Source: a virus (taxonomy: Duplodnaviria; Caudoviricetes). From it: a stretch of 25,476 bases of DNA. This document shows, in pieces, positions 1 to 8,020 of the stretch; the first letter of the stretch is position 1, and each line of letters opens with the position of its first letter. Location of the stretch: the IMG/VR virus record IMGVR_UViG_3300032308_001895, positions 1 through 25,476 of that record. One strand, written 5' to 3'. Below the pieces are notes generated by a model that made no database searches, was not told the DNA's origin, and saw only the letters and a list, made by a program, of their open reading frames with translations. Position numbers and translations under genes: made by a program.

Positions 1-3000
1 AATAAGTGTTGTTTATGGTCAAGCTATAAGAGCCAGTTTCTGGAACCAGAGTGGGTGTCCATGTGCCTGATGTGCTGGCAATGTTGCCCGAACTGATCCA
101 GTTCAAGTTGCCAGCACCATCCGTGCTCAGCAGTTGTCCGGTGCTACCACCAGTGATTTTAACATTGGCATTGGCATTTAAATTGCTAATACCTGTGACG
201 GTTAGATTGCCACCTGTAACGTTGCCAGTGACATTGGCATAACCAGTGATGTTGGCTCCACCTGTACTGATAGTTCCTATTGTGTTGCCGGCTATGGCCA
301 TGACCAAATTGCCGTTGAGTGCGGCTATGTTGGCCCAGCTAGTACCGTTGACAATCTTGGTAGATGCGGCAGTAGTGATGTTGCTGATGAATCCGCCGTC
401 GCCAACAAAGTAGCCGGCTGTGGTCACATTGCCCGTGGCTGTAACAATACCTGTGGTTCTTAGATTGCCCGAATCCACGTTGCCAGTTACACTGACACGA
501 CCTGTGGTTTGAACATTGCCAAATGTGGCATTGCCCGTGGTAGAGATTATGCCCGCGGTTAATAAATTACCACCTTGTATGTTGCCCAGGATGCTGAGTG
601 TGGAGCTGATGACGGCCAAGTTGGCCACAACATTGGCGGCATTGATGTTGCCTGTGGCTAATATTAGGCCCGAGGTTATGATATTGGCACCGGTTATGTT
701 GCCTGAAGTGCTGATGCCGCCGTCAATCACAGTGGTGGCGGTGATCAAGTTGGCACCAGTGATGTTGCCAGTGGCCGAAATCAAACCTGTGGTGCGTATG
801 TTGCCACCAACAACGTTAGCAGTGGCACTGACAATGCCGGTATTGACATTTTGTGCAATAACATTGCCCTGTGCTGACACTGTATTCAAGGACAATATGT
901 TGTTGCCTATAACGTTGCCCGATGCGCTTAGGGTTACACCAGTGACCAAGTTTGAAGATATGGTATTGGCACTGTTGATGTTGCCTACCACACTTAGTCC
1001 AGCATCAGTCAGCGTGGCACGTATGAAACTGGCGGAGTTGGTCCCACCTGTGAAGAATGAGATTGTTTTTGTGGCAGTTTGCGTACCAATGATCAGGTTA
1101 CCGCCGTTGACATACATGTAGCCATCATTGGCTTTGGTTACAGCATAATCGGCATTGTTGTACACATTGCTGTTCATGCCCATGTCAATGTAGAAGTTAC
1201 CGTCGTCGCCGTTGTTGGCCACGGCCACAAAATCCGCTGACGCATTGGCTCCTTGATTGTGATTTTGGAACACTATTTGAGTATAAGTGTCTTGATCCAT
1301 GTCAGCTTGTATCACAGCATAAGGATAGTTGAGTTGGGCAACTGCGTTACCAGCATGTATTTGAGTTTGTACATTGGCCAGGTCCGCATATAGATTGCCA
1401 GCAAAGATGCCGGTACTGTTGCCAATGGTCATGTCCCAGGTGTTGGCGTAGAGTCCACCGGTCTGATACAAGATACCAGCATACACACTGTTGGCAGCAT
1501 TGCCGGTGATCAGGCCCGAATTGTTGATGTTGGGGAAAGAAGTGGCAGTATTGGCCACATAGATGATAGGGCCATCGACCACGGCAGGAATCACGTTGCT
1601 GACATTACCAATGATGCTTAAATTATTAACAGTTAGTGTGTTAAATGTTGGATTGGAACTGGGAGCTATGTCCTGTGGCAGGCTCAACTGCACTGCGCCA
1701 TTGGCCGCGGCAATGGCATTGCCTGCGCCAACAAATATTTGATTACTTGTGCCAGCCACGGTGATCACACCAGTGTTGGTTATGGTTATGTTGCCAGTGG
1801 CACTGGTCGAAGTTGGTGCTATGCTGATGCCAGTGGCAGCTGTGGCCGATCCCACAGTGGTAGTGGGCGAGTAGGCTGTGTTTTGATAACTGCCGTCCTG
1901 GAAGGTTATGCCAAGATTGCCGGTACCGCCGGCGCCCGAGCTGGGAAAGTTGATGCCGTTGCCGCTGAAGCCGGTGATGGTCTTGATCACATTGGAGCCA
2001 ATGGGTGTGAGCTGTATGTTGGCATAGGTGCCAACTGCGGTGTTGCTGGTAAATGCTTCAGCTGCTGCAAAGTTCAATCGGGCTATGCTTGCGGCATATA
2101 CACCGTTGCCGGTCCAGCCCTGATTGGTGATACGCATCATCAAGTCATTGGCTTGTAGTGCTGTGGGACTATCCACTGTGCCGCGGGCTGCACGAGCAGC
2201 TATAGCTGTGTATGCATTTTGTGCTCCGTTGGCACCAAACGCATCAAAGCTGATGCGAGCAGGTTCATTGTTCTGTCCAGTGACCTGGATCATGGTGCCT
2301 GAGAAGTTTCTGGGCTGAGTGTTGCCTGAACTGGATCCAACAATGTTCAGAGCCGATTCAGTGTTGGCAATAGTGCTTGGGGTGCGGATCTCAGTTAGGC
2401 CATTTTTATTGACTGAAAACGCAGTTTCACCTACCGTGGTTTGAACCGCAATGGAACGATTGAACTGCACCCATCCAGTGGCGTTGGCTGTGCCAACAAC
2501 AATGTTGGCCGCGGCATTGGCCAGGGACATGGTGTTGCCGTAGAAACGAAAATTGCCAAATGAAAGACCAGAAGCATTGGCCACGATCAAGTTGCCGTTG
2601 TCGGCATAGATCTGTTGATTTTGGCTTAATGTTTGATCAATGAGGTTGATGTTGCCGGCACCCAGCCAAAGATCGGTGTAGCGACTGTCAATGGCACCTA
2701 TGCCGGCGAGATTGTTGCCACTGGGCTTTATAGTACCAGCTGTGATTATGTTGCCGCCCACACCGGGTTCAAGTTGGATATCAATGTCAACGTCGGTGTC
2801 AAATTGTACGGCTGTGCCAGTGTTGGCAATGGTCAGGCCATCCAACACCAGCTTGGGCACAGTGACCCAGCCACTGCCTTCGGGCAGTAGCGTGATGTTG
2901 CCATTGAGATTGGTTCCACCAATGGTCTGATTCGTGATGTAGAGATTGCCTAGATCTACATTGCCCGAGGCACTGATGTTGCCAATGAACCAGGAGGCTG

Positions 3001-3277
3001 TGATGTTGCCTGTGGCACTGAGACCAGTGCCAGAAACGACTAGGTCAGCGGTGCCTCCAAAACTGCCACCACCTAGGTTGTATTGTATGCTGTTGACTGG
3101 GCCACCAGGTGATCCTGCGCCACCAGCGCCAATGGGTATACCGCCAGCGGTATTGCCATCACTGTAGTAGAATGCGTTGGTGTCTGGATTCCACCAGATG
3201 CGATCTTGTTGACCCACATAGGTATTGCCTTGTGCGTTGTTGTCGCGGCTGGTAAAAAGATTTTGGATGAAGCTCAT
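1..3277 (-). CDS. Large tail fibre/spike-like structural protein, 3'-truncated (>1090 aa)
   Basis: Absent from the ORF track because it runs off the left edge. ATG at 3277 gives MSFIQNLFTSRDNNAQGNTYVGQQDRIWWNPDTNAFYYSDGNTAGGIP; the same frame is open at ~720-840 (GIVSATANVVGGNIRTTGLISATGNITGANL) and at the edge (WTPTLVPETGSYSLTINNTY). G/N/T/A-rich with beta-solenoid-like repeats; the N-terminus resembles phage fibre attachment motifs. Confidence 0.8.
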   Translation of the reverse strand, partial: MSFIQNLFTSRDNNAQGNTYVGQQDRIWWNPDTNAFYYSDGNTAGGIPIGAGGAGSPGGPVNSIQYNLGGGSFGGTADLVVSGTGLSATGNITASWFIGNISASGNVDLGNLYITNQTIGGTNLNGNITLLPEGSGWVTVPKLVLDGLTIANTGTAVQFDTDVDIDIQLEPGVGGNIITAGTIKPSGNNLAGIGAIDSRYTDLWLGAGNINLIDQTLSQNQQIYADNGNLIVANASGLSFGNFRFYGNTMSLANAAANIVVGTANATGWVQFNRSIAVQTTVGETAFSVNKNGLTEIRTPSTIANTESALNIVGSSSGNTQPRNFSGTMIQVTGQNNEPARISFDAFGANGAQNAYTAIAARAARGTVDSPTALQANDLMMRITNQGWTGNGVYAASIARLNFAAAEAFTSNTAVGTYANIQLTPIGSNVIKTITGFSGNGINFPSSGAGGTGNLGITFQDGSYQNTAYSPTTTVGSATAATGISIAPTSTSATGNITITNTGVITVAGTSNQIFVGAGNAIAAANGAVQLSLPQDIAPSSNPTFNTLTVNNLSIIGNVSNVIPAVVDGPIIYVANTATSFPNINNSGLITGNAANSVYAGILYQTGGLYANTWDMTIGNSTGIFAGNLYADLANVQTQIHAGNAVAQLNYPYAVIQADMDQDTYTQIVFQNHNQGANASADFVAVANNGDDGNFYIDMGMNSNVYNNADYAVTKANDGYMYVNGGNLIIGTQTATKTISFFTGGTNSASFIRATLTDAGLSVVGNINSANTISSNLVTGVTLSASGNVIGNNILSLNTVSAQGNVIAQNVNTGIVSATANVVGGNIRTTGLISATGNITGANLITATTVIDGGISTSGNITGANIITSGLILATGNINAANVVANLAVISSTLSILGNIQGGNLLTAGIISTTGNATFGNVQTTGRVSVTGNVDSGNLRTTGIVTATGNVTTAGYFVGDGGFISNITTAASTKIVNGTSWANIAALNGNLVMAIAGNTIGTISTGGANITGYANVTGNVTGGNLTVTGISNLNANANVKITGGSTGQLLSTDGAGNLNWISSGNIASTSGTWTPTLVPETGSYSLTINNTY
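170..990 (-). repeat. Degenerate ~17-aa coding repeats (SATGN[IV]xG[GA]N[LI]xTxGx[IV]) in the fibre gene; boundaries approximate
   Basis: Recurrent gttgcc/attgcc on the + strand (GGC AAC/AAT = Gly-Asn); translated example SATANVVGGNIRTTGLI-SATGNITGANLIT. Confidence 0.65.
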
Positions 3278-3288
3278 GTCCGAGCCCC

Positions 3289-3696
3289 TTAGTCGTCAAA
3301 GACTTCGTCGTTGCTGAGTTCTTGGATGGCAGCCTGGGGCACTCCACTGAGTTTTTTGATACGATCCACAATGTCTTCGCGTTCAGTGGTCATTTCGTCT
3401 TCTTGGGCAGTTTCTTCAGCGTGCTGATATTCTGGGCCGCCGTCATCATACACATTTTCTACACCCACGGCTTTTTTCAGTAACTCTTGCTTTTGTTGCA
3501 AAGGTGGTAGGAAAGTGTTTTCTGGAGCCTTGTCGTTGCCCGAGGCCGTGGTGCCATTGGGACTGGGCTTGTCAGTGTCGGCTACAACGGCCACGTCGAT
3601 CAGTTGAGCTGGATTCTGTATGCGTGGATCTGGAGCACCGCCTTGGGCATGTTCCAAATTAGCTGCCAATGTTCTTAATATATCTGCAATCTTCAT
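3289..3696 (-). CDS. Hypothetical acidic protein (135 aa), possible prohead core/internal protein
   Basis: Start reassigned from 3777 to ATG 3696 (MKIADILRTLAANLE), downstream of the TAAATA box at 3720-3725 and avoiding overlap with the upstream gene. Carries IVDRIKKLSGV near the C-terminus. Confidence 0.7.
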   Translation of the reverse strand: MKIADILRTLAANLEHAQGGAPDPRIQNPAQLIDVAVVADTDKPSPNGTTASGNDKAPENTFLPPLQQKQELLKKAVGVENVYDDGGPEYQHAEETAQEDEMTTEREDIVDRIKKLSGVPQAAIQELSNDEVFDD

Positions 3697-3719
3697 TTCC
3701 GTAAGTTCCGTGTTAGTGT

Positions 3720-3727
3720 TATTTAGC
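3720..3727 (-). promoter_or_regulatory. T4-like late promoter (GCTAAATA)
   Basis: TAAATA immediately after the upstream stop codon, correctly oriented toward 3696. Confidence 0.6.
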
Positions 3728-4120
3728 CTATCTTGGATAGCCCTTGAATGCCTTGATTGGGCTCGTGGTATCCACACTGGCAGGTTCTTGGCTGGCTGCT
3801 GTACTAACTAGTTTTTTGCCGCCAGGAGTTTGGGTCATTTTCAGGGCCATGTCAATCACAGGATCTACATTGGCATCAAAGCCCGATATCACCCCGTGTT
3901 CACCAAAGGCGGTTTCTGCTTGCCAGGGCAAGATATCTTTGTCCACGATGTCTTGATCACGACCAAGGTTGCTTCGAGCCCGGGCCATGGCCACACCAAA
4001 TCTGTAATTACGATAAGGATCACTAGCACTGAGTCCGGGCAGTATATAGGTATAGCGTAAGGGATCTGCTATTTCGGCTGGTAGATCGCGTTGTTCGGTA
4101 ATAAATTCTCTGGCTCTCAT
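3728..4120 (-). CDS. Hypothetical protein (130 aa) with capsid-targeting-like N-terminus; paralog of 4117-4488
   Basis: Begins MRAREFITE, ends SPIKAFKGYPR; ATGA overlap with the upstream gene. Confidence 0.8.
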   Translation of the reverse strand: MRAREFITEQRDLPAEIADPLRYTYILPGLSASDPYRNYRFGVAMARARSNLGRDQDIVDKDILPWQAETAFGEHGVISGFDANVDPVIDMALKMTQTPGGKKLVSTAASQEPASVDTTSPIKAFKGYPR

Positions 4121-4488
4121 CTGGGATAACCTTTAAACGCTACCACAGGACTGATCTTATTGGTTGATGGTACTTCCCCAGATTCCATGTCACCACTGTT
4201 GAGATCTTGGTGCCAGGAACCGGTGGCTTTGTAGGCTTGTTTCAGCATGTCAGATTCTTGTTTGGTATAAGGAGCTGCCACGTCGTGACGACCTGACCAT
4301 GATTCTGCATCCAGCTCTGGCACAAAAGTTCCATCTGTGCTGGCCACAGCCATCATCACTCTATTGAGTTCGTAGAATCTGTCAGCAAATGTTTCGTCTC
4401 TGAACTTGTGTAAGCCACGTGTGGCTGCACTCCTGCGTTTGCCGACTGGGCCAACTTTGGCCTCGGCCACAAACTCTCTGGCTCGCAC
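4117..4488 (-). CDS. Hypothetical protein (123 aa) with capsid-targeting-like N-terminus; paralog of 3728-4120
   Basis: GTG start, begins MRAREFVAE, ends SPVVAFKGYPR. Confidence 0.8.
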   Translation of the reverse strand: MRAREFVAEAKVGPVGKRRSAATRGLHKFRDETFADRFYELNRVMMAVASTDGTFVPELDAESWSGRHDVAAPYTKQESDMLKQAYKATGSWHQDLNSGDMESGEVPSTNKISPVVAFKGYPR

Positions 4489-4490
4489 GA

Positions 4491-4808
4491 TCAGCTTCCT
4501 GCGCCAGTTACACCTTCAGTGGCCGAACTGGCTGTGCCTAATTCTGCGGCTGTGAATGTGCCGGTGACTGTGAGCTTGTTGCCTGCACCAACATAGATTT
4601 GTACCGTGGTGTTGGCGCCCACGCTGACAGCGTTGCTCCAGATGTTGCCTTCTGGAGTGCTGGTATACGTGGTCCCATTGCCATAAGGAGTGACCAACCC
4701 CACTGCATACACTTGATAGGTAACTCCTGCGCCCAGGGCTGTGATTTCTGCCTTGTCGGTGTACCAAGTTACGTTGGCGGCTGAACTGATTACGTTTGCT
4801 TGTGGCAT
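4491..4808 (-). CDS. Small beta-rich hypothetical protein (105 aa), probably virion-associated
   Basis: AAGGA Shine-Dalgarno upstream of ATG; T/G/A/V-rich; fills the gap in a tightly packed minus-strand operon. Confidence 0.75.
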   Translation of the reverse strand: MPQANVISSAANVTWYTDKAEITALGAGVTYQVYAVGLVTPYGNGTTYTSTPEGNIWSNAVSVGANTTVQIYVGAGNKLTVTGTFTAAELGTASSATEGVTGAGS

Positions 4809-4823
4809 TTTTGTTTTCCTTGT

Positions 4824-5429
4824 TTACCAAGCACGGCAAGACCAATATCTTGCTTTTGTTCTCGGACCTGGATTTGCGCAATTGTGTCTGGCTCTGAAAC
4901 TTTTGCGACGTGCAGGGTTTGATTTTTTGATTTTCATGTTGGGATCACCAAAATTTACTTTTTTTACATTGCCAGTGCTGGGATCACGCACATACACCTT
5001 TGATTTTTTAACATCGCCGGCCATGGGCTTGCCCAGTGGTACTTCACGTCCTTGGTACTTGGCTTCATCTACTGGGCCATTGATCACGGTCCAAAATTCT
5101 CTGATCCAATCTTCATCGCCCCAGCGGTCAACAAACTGTTCAAGACTCATGCTGTCAGCATCGCGCCACATGATTTCTTTCATCTGGCCTTCGCTCAACA
5201 CAGTCAATTCAGAATCTTGTTCATCATCATCTTCACTCAGTCGTGCCCACTGACTTAATGTGGCATATATTTCTGGTGTGGCATCCAACAACACAGCATT
5301 GCCTTCGGTGGCCATGATATAGGTTTCGATCAGGGTACCATCGTCCAGCTCGATCGCAAAGTCATCACCAGCAGCTGGTGTTTGTAACCAGTGCTGTGTT
5401 TCAACCATGTAATCTCGTAATGTTTTCAT
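4824..5429 (-). CDS. Hypothetical protein (201 aa): acidic N-terminal part plus strongly basic C-terminal domain of a conserved phage type
   Basis: Begins MKTLRDYMVE; the C-terminal domain (4824-5063) contains KVNFGDPNMKIKKSNPARRKSFRARHNC...KARYWSCRAW, recalled from T4-like aquatic phages; ATGA overlap. Confidence 0.8.
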   Translation of the reverse strand: MKTLRDYMVETQHWLQTPAAGDDFAIELDDGTLIETYIMATEGNAVLLDATPEIYATLSQWARLSEDDDEQDSELTVLSEGQMKEIMWRDADSMSLEQFVDRWGDEDWIREFWTVINGPVDEAKYQGREVPLGKPMAGDVKKSKVYVRDPSTGNVKKVNFGDPNMKIKKSNPARRKSFRARHNCANPGPRTKARYWSCRAW

Positions 5430-7381
5430 CGGGCTTTGTAATTTTGATAAAGTTTAAACAGACTGCGCTCAAGTTCAACGCTTTCTTCCATTGAAACTTG
5501 TCTACGCATTTGGCTGGCAATCACAGGTATCGTGGTCTGGCCAGTTGATTTTGGTCGGTTCAAGCCACCCGAGTATTGCAAGGCATCGTCGCTGGTTTCT
5601 GTGTTGGTAGGCCAGTCTGGTGAGTTCTCATCAATTGATTCGCAACCACAGTCGCTTTTGCCACAGCTAGGACAGGTTTGTGTTGCTTGGGCACTGCCAA
5701 TTCCGGCCATTTTCAACAACTGTGCTAGGGCTTCGGCATCTTCACCTTCGGCACTGACTGTGATGCTCTTGGTAGGATTGCCGTCGGCACCCGAGTTCAT
5801 GTTTACGCTGACATTCATGCCTTCGTTGAGTGCTTGTTTGAATTTCTTGTCTAGGCTTTCATATACACCCTTGCCAAACTGGAATCCACCTGAGCTTTTT
5901 TTCTCTTTGGGTGCTTCACTGGTTTCCTCCACTGATTCTTCTTTCTTGGCTTTGGCTTTTTCTGGCAGATCTTTTTCTTTGGTCTTGGCAAACTTTTTGA
6001 GTTCGCCGCCAGGCATCTTGGCCATTTCTTTACTAGCGCCACGCAGTTCTTTTTTGGGAATCTCACCCTTTTGAGCGGCATGTGCTATGCCAGCGGCTCT
6101 GCGTTGTTTTTTGCTTACAGCTTTTTCAGCAATAGCTTCTTCGTCGTCATGTTCTTCTTGATCCATGTAGTCGTTGGCAGCGTTGATATAGTCCAGGGCC
6201 TTGGTAATCTTGCTTTGTACCCACTCTGGCAAGTTTTGATCATCGTCTAGGATAGCACTGAGTTCGTTGGCAGCCTTGGTTAGTGTGTGCAATTGATCCT
6301 TGGCCATGTCGCCTTCTTGATCGTATTCACCTTTGTCAGTGAGACTAACCGACATGTCTTCACTGCTCATGTTGCTGGGGCGAGTCATCATGACACCATC
6401 GGTATCTAAATCTTCTTCGGTTTTCTTTTTACGCTCACCTTTGTGCTTCCAGGCACCCTTGGTAGTGCGCTCAGGACCTTTGTCTGGACCTTTTGGACGA
6501 CCTTTTTTCTTGGGCATGTCGCTTTTGACTTCGTCGTCCTTTTCATCCTCGGGCTCGGCTTTTCTAGTATAACGCTTGCTGTAACCTGTGTCTTTGACGT
6601 CATGGCGTGGGTGCTCGTCTTTGTGTGCGAACATGCCTTTGGCCACTTCTGGATCAAAGGCTGTGCCTTTGCTGCGTGGTTCTGATTTCTTGACAGCTTT
6701 CTTGATGGCTTCTGCGGCCACATCACCCAGCATTTCATCTACTTCTTTTTTGGCTCCGGCAATCTTGTCAGCAAATGTGATCTTGTCTGCAGGTGGTGCC
6801 AATTTGGCGAAACTTTTTTGCTTGGCTGTCATTGGTATGCCGCCTTCTTCTTTGACAGGATACTCTTTGCCGCCTACACGAATTTTTTCTCCAGACTGTA
6901 TGCCATCAGCCTTGGCATCTCTGACGGCCTTGCCAAATGCATTGCCTTCGTCGGCCATTTGTTCATCCATCTTGTCATGCTTGGCACGGATACGAGCCAT
7001 GGTTTCTTTGCTGGCTCCTTCACGTCCGGCTTTTTGCAAAGCCTTCATGCCAGTCTCTCCATATTTTTTCTTGCCCAAGTATGCCTGTAATGCTGACTCA
7101 TCCATGTCACTTTCTTCTACACTTTCCTTGGCACGCAACTTGTTCAACACAGCGCCAGCTACACGTTCACCGGCAGCCTTGCTTCCATAACGTTGGCCTG
7201 CGCTCTTGGCAATCTTGGCAAAGGCTTTGCCTGGCTTGCCAATGTCTTTGCCAGCGGCAGCTTTTTTAGCTGAGTAGTCGCCAGTACTGCCTTCGGCCAC
7301 TGCTAGTTGAGCTGATTCAGTAAGCTCTTGTTTCTTGGCCAAGTCTGCTAGTTTCTTGTTTAGGTCATAAAAAAATGTCAT
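5426..7381 (-). CDS. 651-aa K/E-rich modular protein, putative processed head internal/core polyprotein with a DUF3008-like segment
   Basis: GAGGA SD; alternating basic modules and acidic linkers with [LIVM]-x-E sites; aa 420-476 (KAVSKKQRRAAGIAHAAQKGEIPKKELRGASKEMAKM...ELKKFAKTKEKDLPEK) resemble DUF3008. Confidence 0.75.
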   Translation of the reverse strand: MTFFYDLNKKLADLAKKQELTESAQLAVAEGSTGDYSAKKAAAGKDIGKPGKAFAKIAKSAGQRYGSKAAGERVAGAVLNKLRAKESVEESDMDESALQAYLGKKKYGETGMKALQKAGREGASKETMARIRAKHDKMDEQMADEGNAFGKAVRDAKADGIQSGEKIRVGGKEYPVKEEGGIPMTAKQKSFAKLAPPADKITFADKIAGAKKEVDEMLGDVAAEAIKKAVKKSEPRSKGTAFDPEVAKGMFAHKDEHPRHDVKDTGYSKRYTRKAEPEDEKDDEVKSDMPKKKGRPKGPDKGPERTTKGAWKHKGERKKKTEEDLDTDGVMMTRPSNMSSEDMSVSLTDKGEYDQEGDMAKDQLHTLTKAANELSAILDDDQNLPEWVQSKITKALDYINAANDYMDQEEHDDEEAIAEKAVSKKQRRAAGIAHAAQKGEIPKKELRGASKEMAKMPGGELKKFAKTKEKDLPEKAKAKKEESVEETSEAPKEKKSSGGFQFGKGVYESLDKKFKQALNEGMNVSVNMNSGADGNPTKSITVSAEGEDAEALAQLLKMAGIGSAQATQTCPSCGKSDCGCESIDENSPDWPTNTETSDDALQYSGGLNRPKSTGQTTIPVIASQMRRQVSMEESVELERSLFKLYQNYKAR

Positions 7382-7385
7382 GCTG

Positions 7386-7994
7386 TTATCCTCTTGGGTT
7401 GGCGCCGGTTGCCGGACGTGGTGGTCGCTTGACCTTGGTCATGGGACTCTTGTCACCCATGGGCAAATCGTTTGTGGTCTTGGCCGGCGGAGTCTTGCCT
7501 CCAGCCACGGTAAATTCACTGCGATATGTGTTTTTTAATACTGCATGTTGATACGGGTTTGCAGAATAATCTTTGCTGAGTGCTTTTTGTTCTGCATCAG
7601 GAGCAGGAAAGTCTGTGTCAGTGAGTAGATCTTTGTTTTGTTCTTCGACCTTGACTTTTTCTTCGGCCATGCTGTCTTCATAGGCCGTGGTCAACAAACG
7701 GATACGGTTTGGATCAAGGCCCAACAATTGTGCAATTTGTTGTACCTGTGGCTCAATGGCTGGATAGCGGAATTCGCAGTCCATGCTGTTCACACTTTCG
7801 TTGGCGTGTGCAGGAAAGTCAGCAGGTTTGAGCTGTATGGGTGTTTTTTTAACAGCCGACACTTTGACTGGATCAAACTGCTTGAGCTTTTCTTCAAGCA
7901 TTTTTATAAAATCTGGCTCAATGTCACCTACGATTTTGATGCGATAACTGTAGGTTCTTTCGCTTTCTGCTAGATAATCTTTAAAATTTTTCAT
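7386..7994 (-). CDS. Hypothetical phage protein (202 aa) with capsid-targeting-like N-terminus
   Basis: Begins MKNFKDYLAE; AGGGA SD and late promoter upstream. Confidence 0.8.
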   Translation of the reverse strand: MKNFKDYLAESERTYSYRIKIVGDIEPDFIKMLEEKLKQFDPVKVSAVKKTPIQLKPADFPAHANESVNSMDCEFRYPAIEPQVQQIAQLLGLDPNRIRLLTTAYEDSMAEEKVKVEEQNKDLLTDTDFPAPDAEQKALSKDYSANPYQHAVLKNTYRSEFTVAGGKTPPAKTTNDLPMGDKSPMTKVKRPPRPATGANPRG

Positions 7995-8012
7995 ATTTGT
8001 ATCCCTATATGA

Positions 8013-8020
8013 TATTTATG
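8013..8020 (-). promoter_or_regulatory. T4-like late promoter (CATAAATA)
   Basis: Overlaps the TAA stop of 8016-8510; lies 18 nt upstream of ATG 7994. Confidence 0.7.

Noticed and set aside
51-3167. Several + strand ORFs (e.g. 516-1121, 1739-2158)
   Set aside because: Antisense shadows of the long minus-strand fibre gene; the MLP-rich translation simply mirrors Gly-Asn-Ile codons.
3130-3277. Fibre N-terminus reminiscent of tropism-determinant proteins, suggesting a diversity-generating retroelement
   Set aside because: No reverse transcriptase and no template/variable repeat pair were seen in this window.
5532-7269. + strand ORFs over the 651-aa gene
   Set aside because: Phe/Leu/Ser-rich antisense mirrors of Lys/Glu codons, with no evident SD or promoter support.
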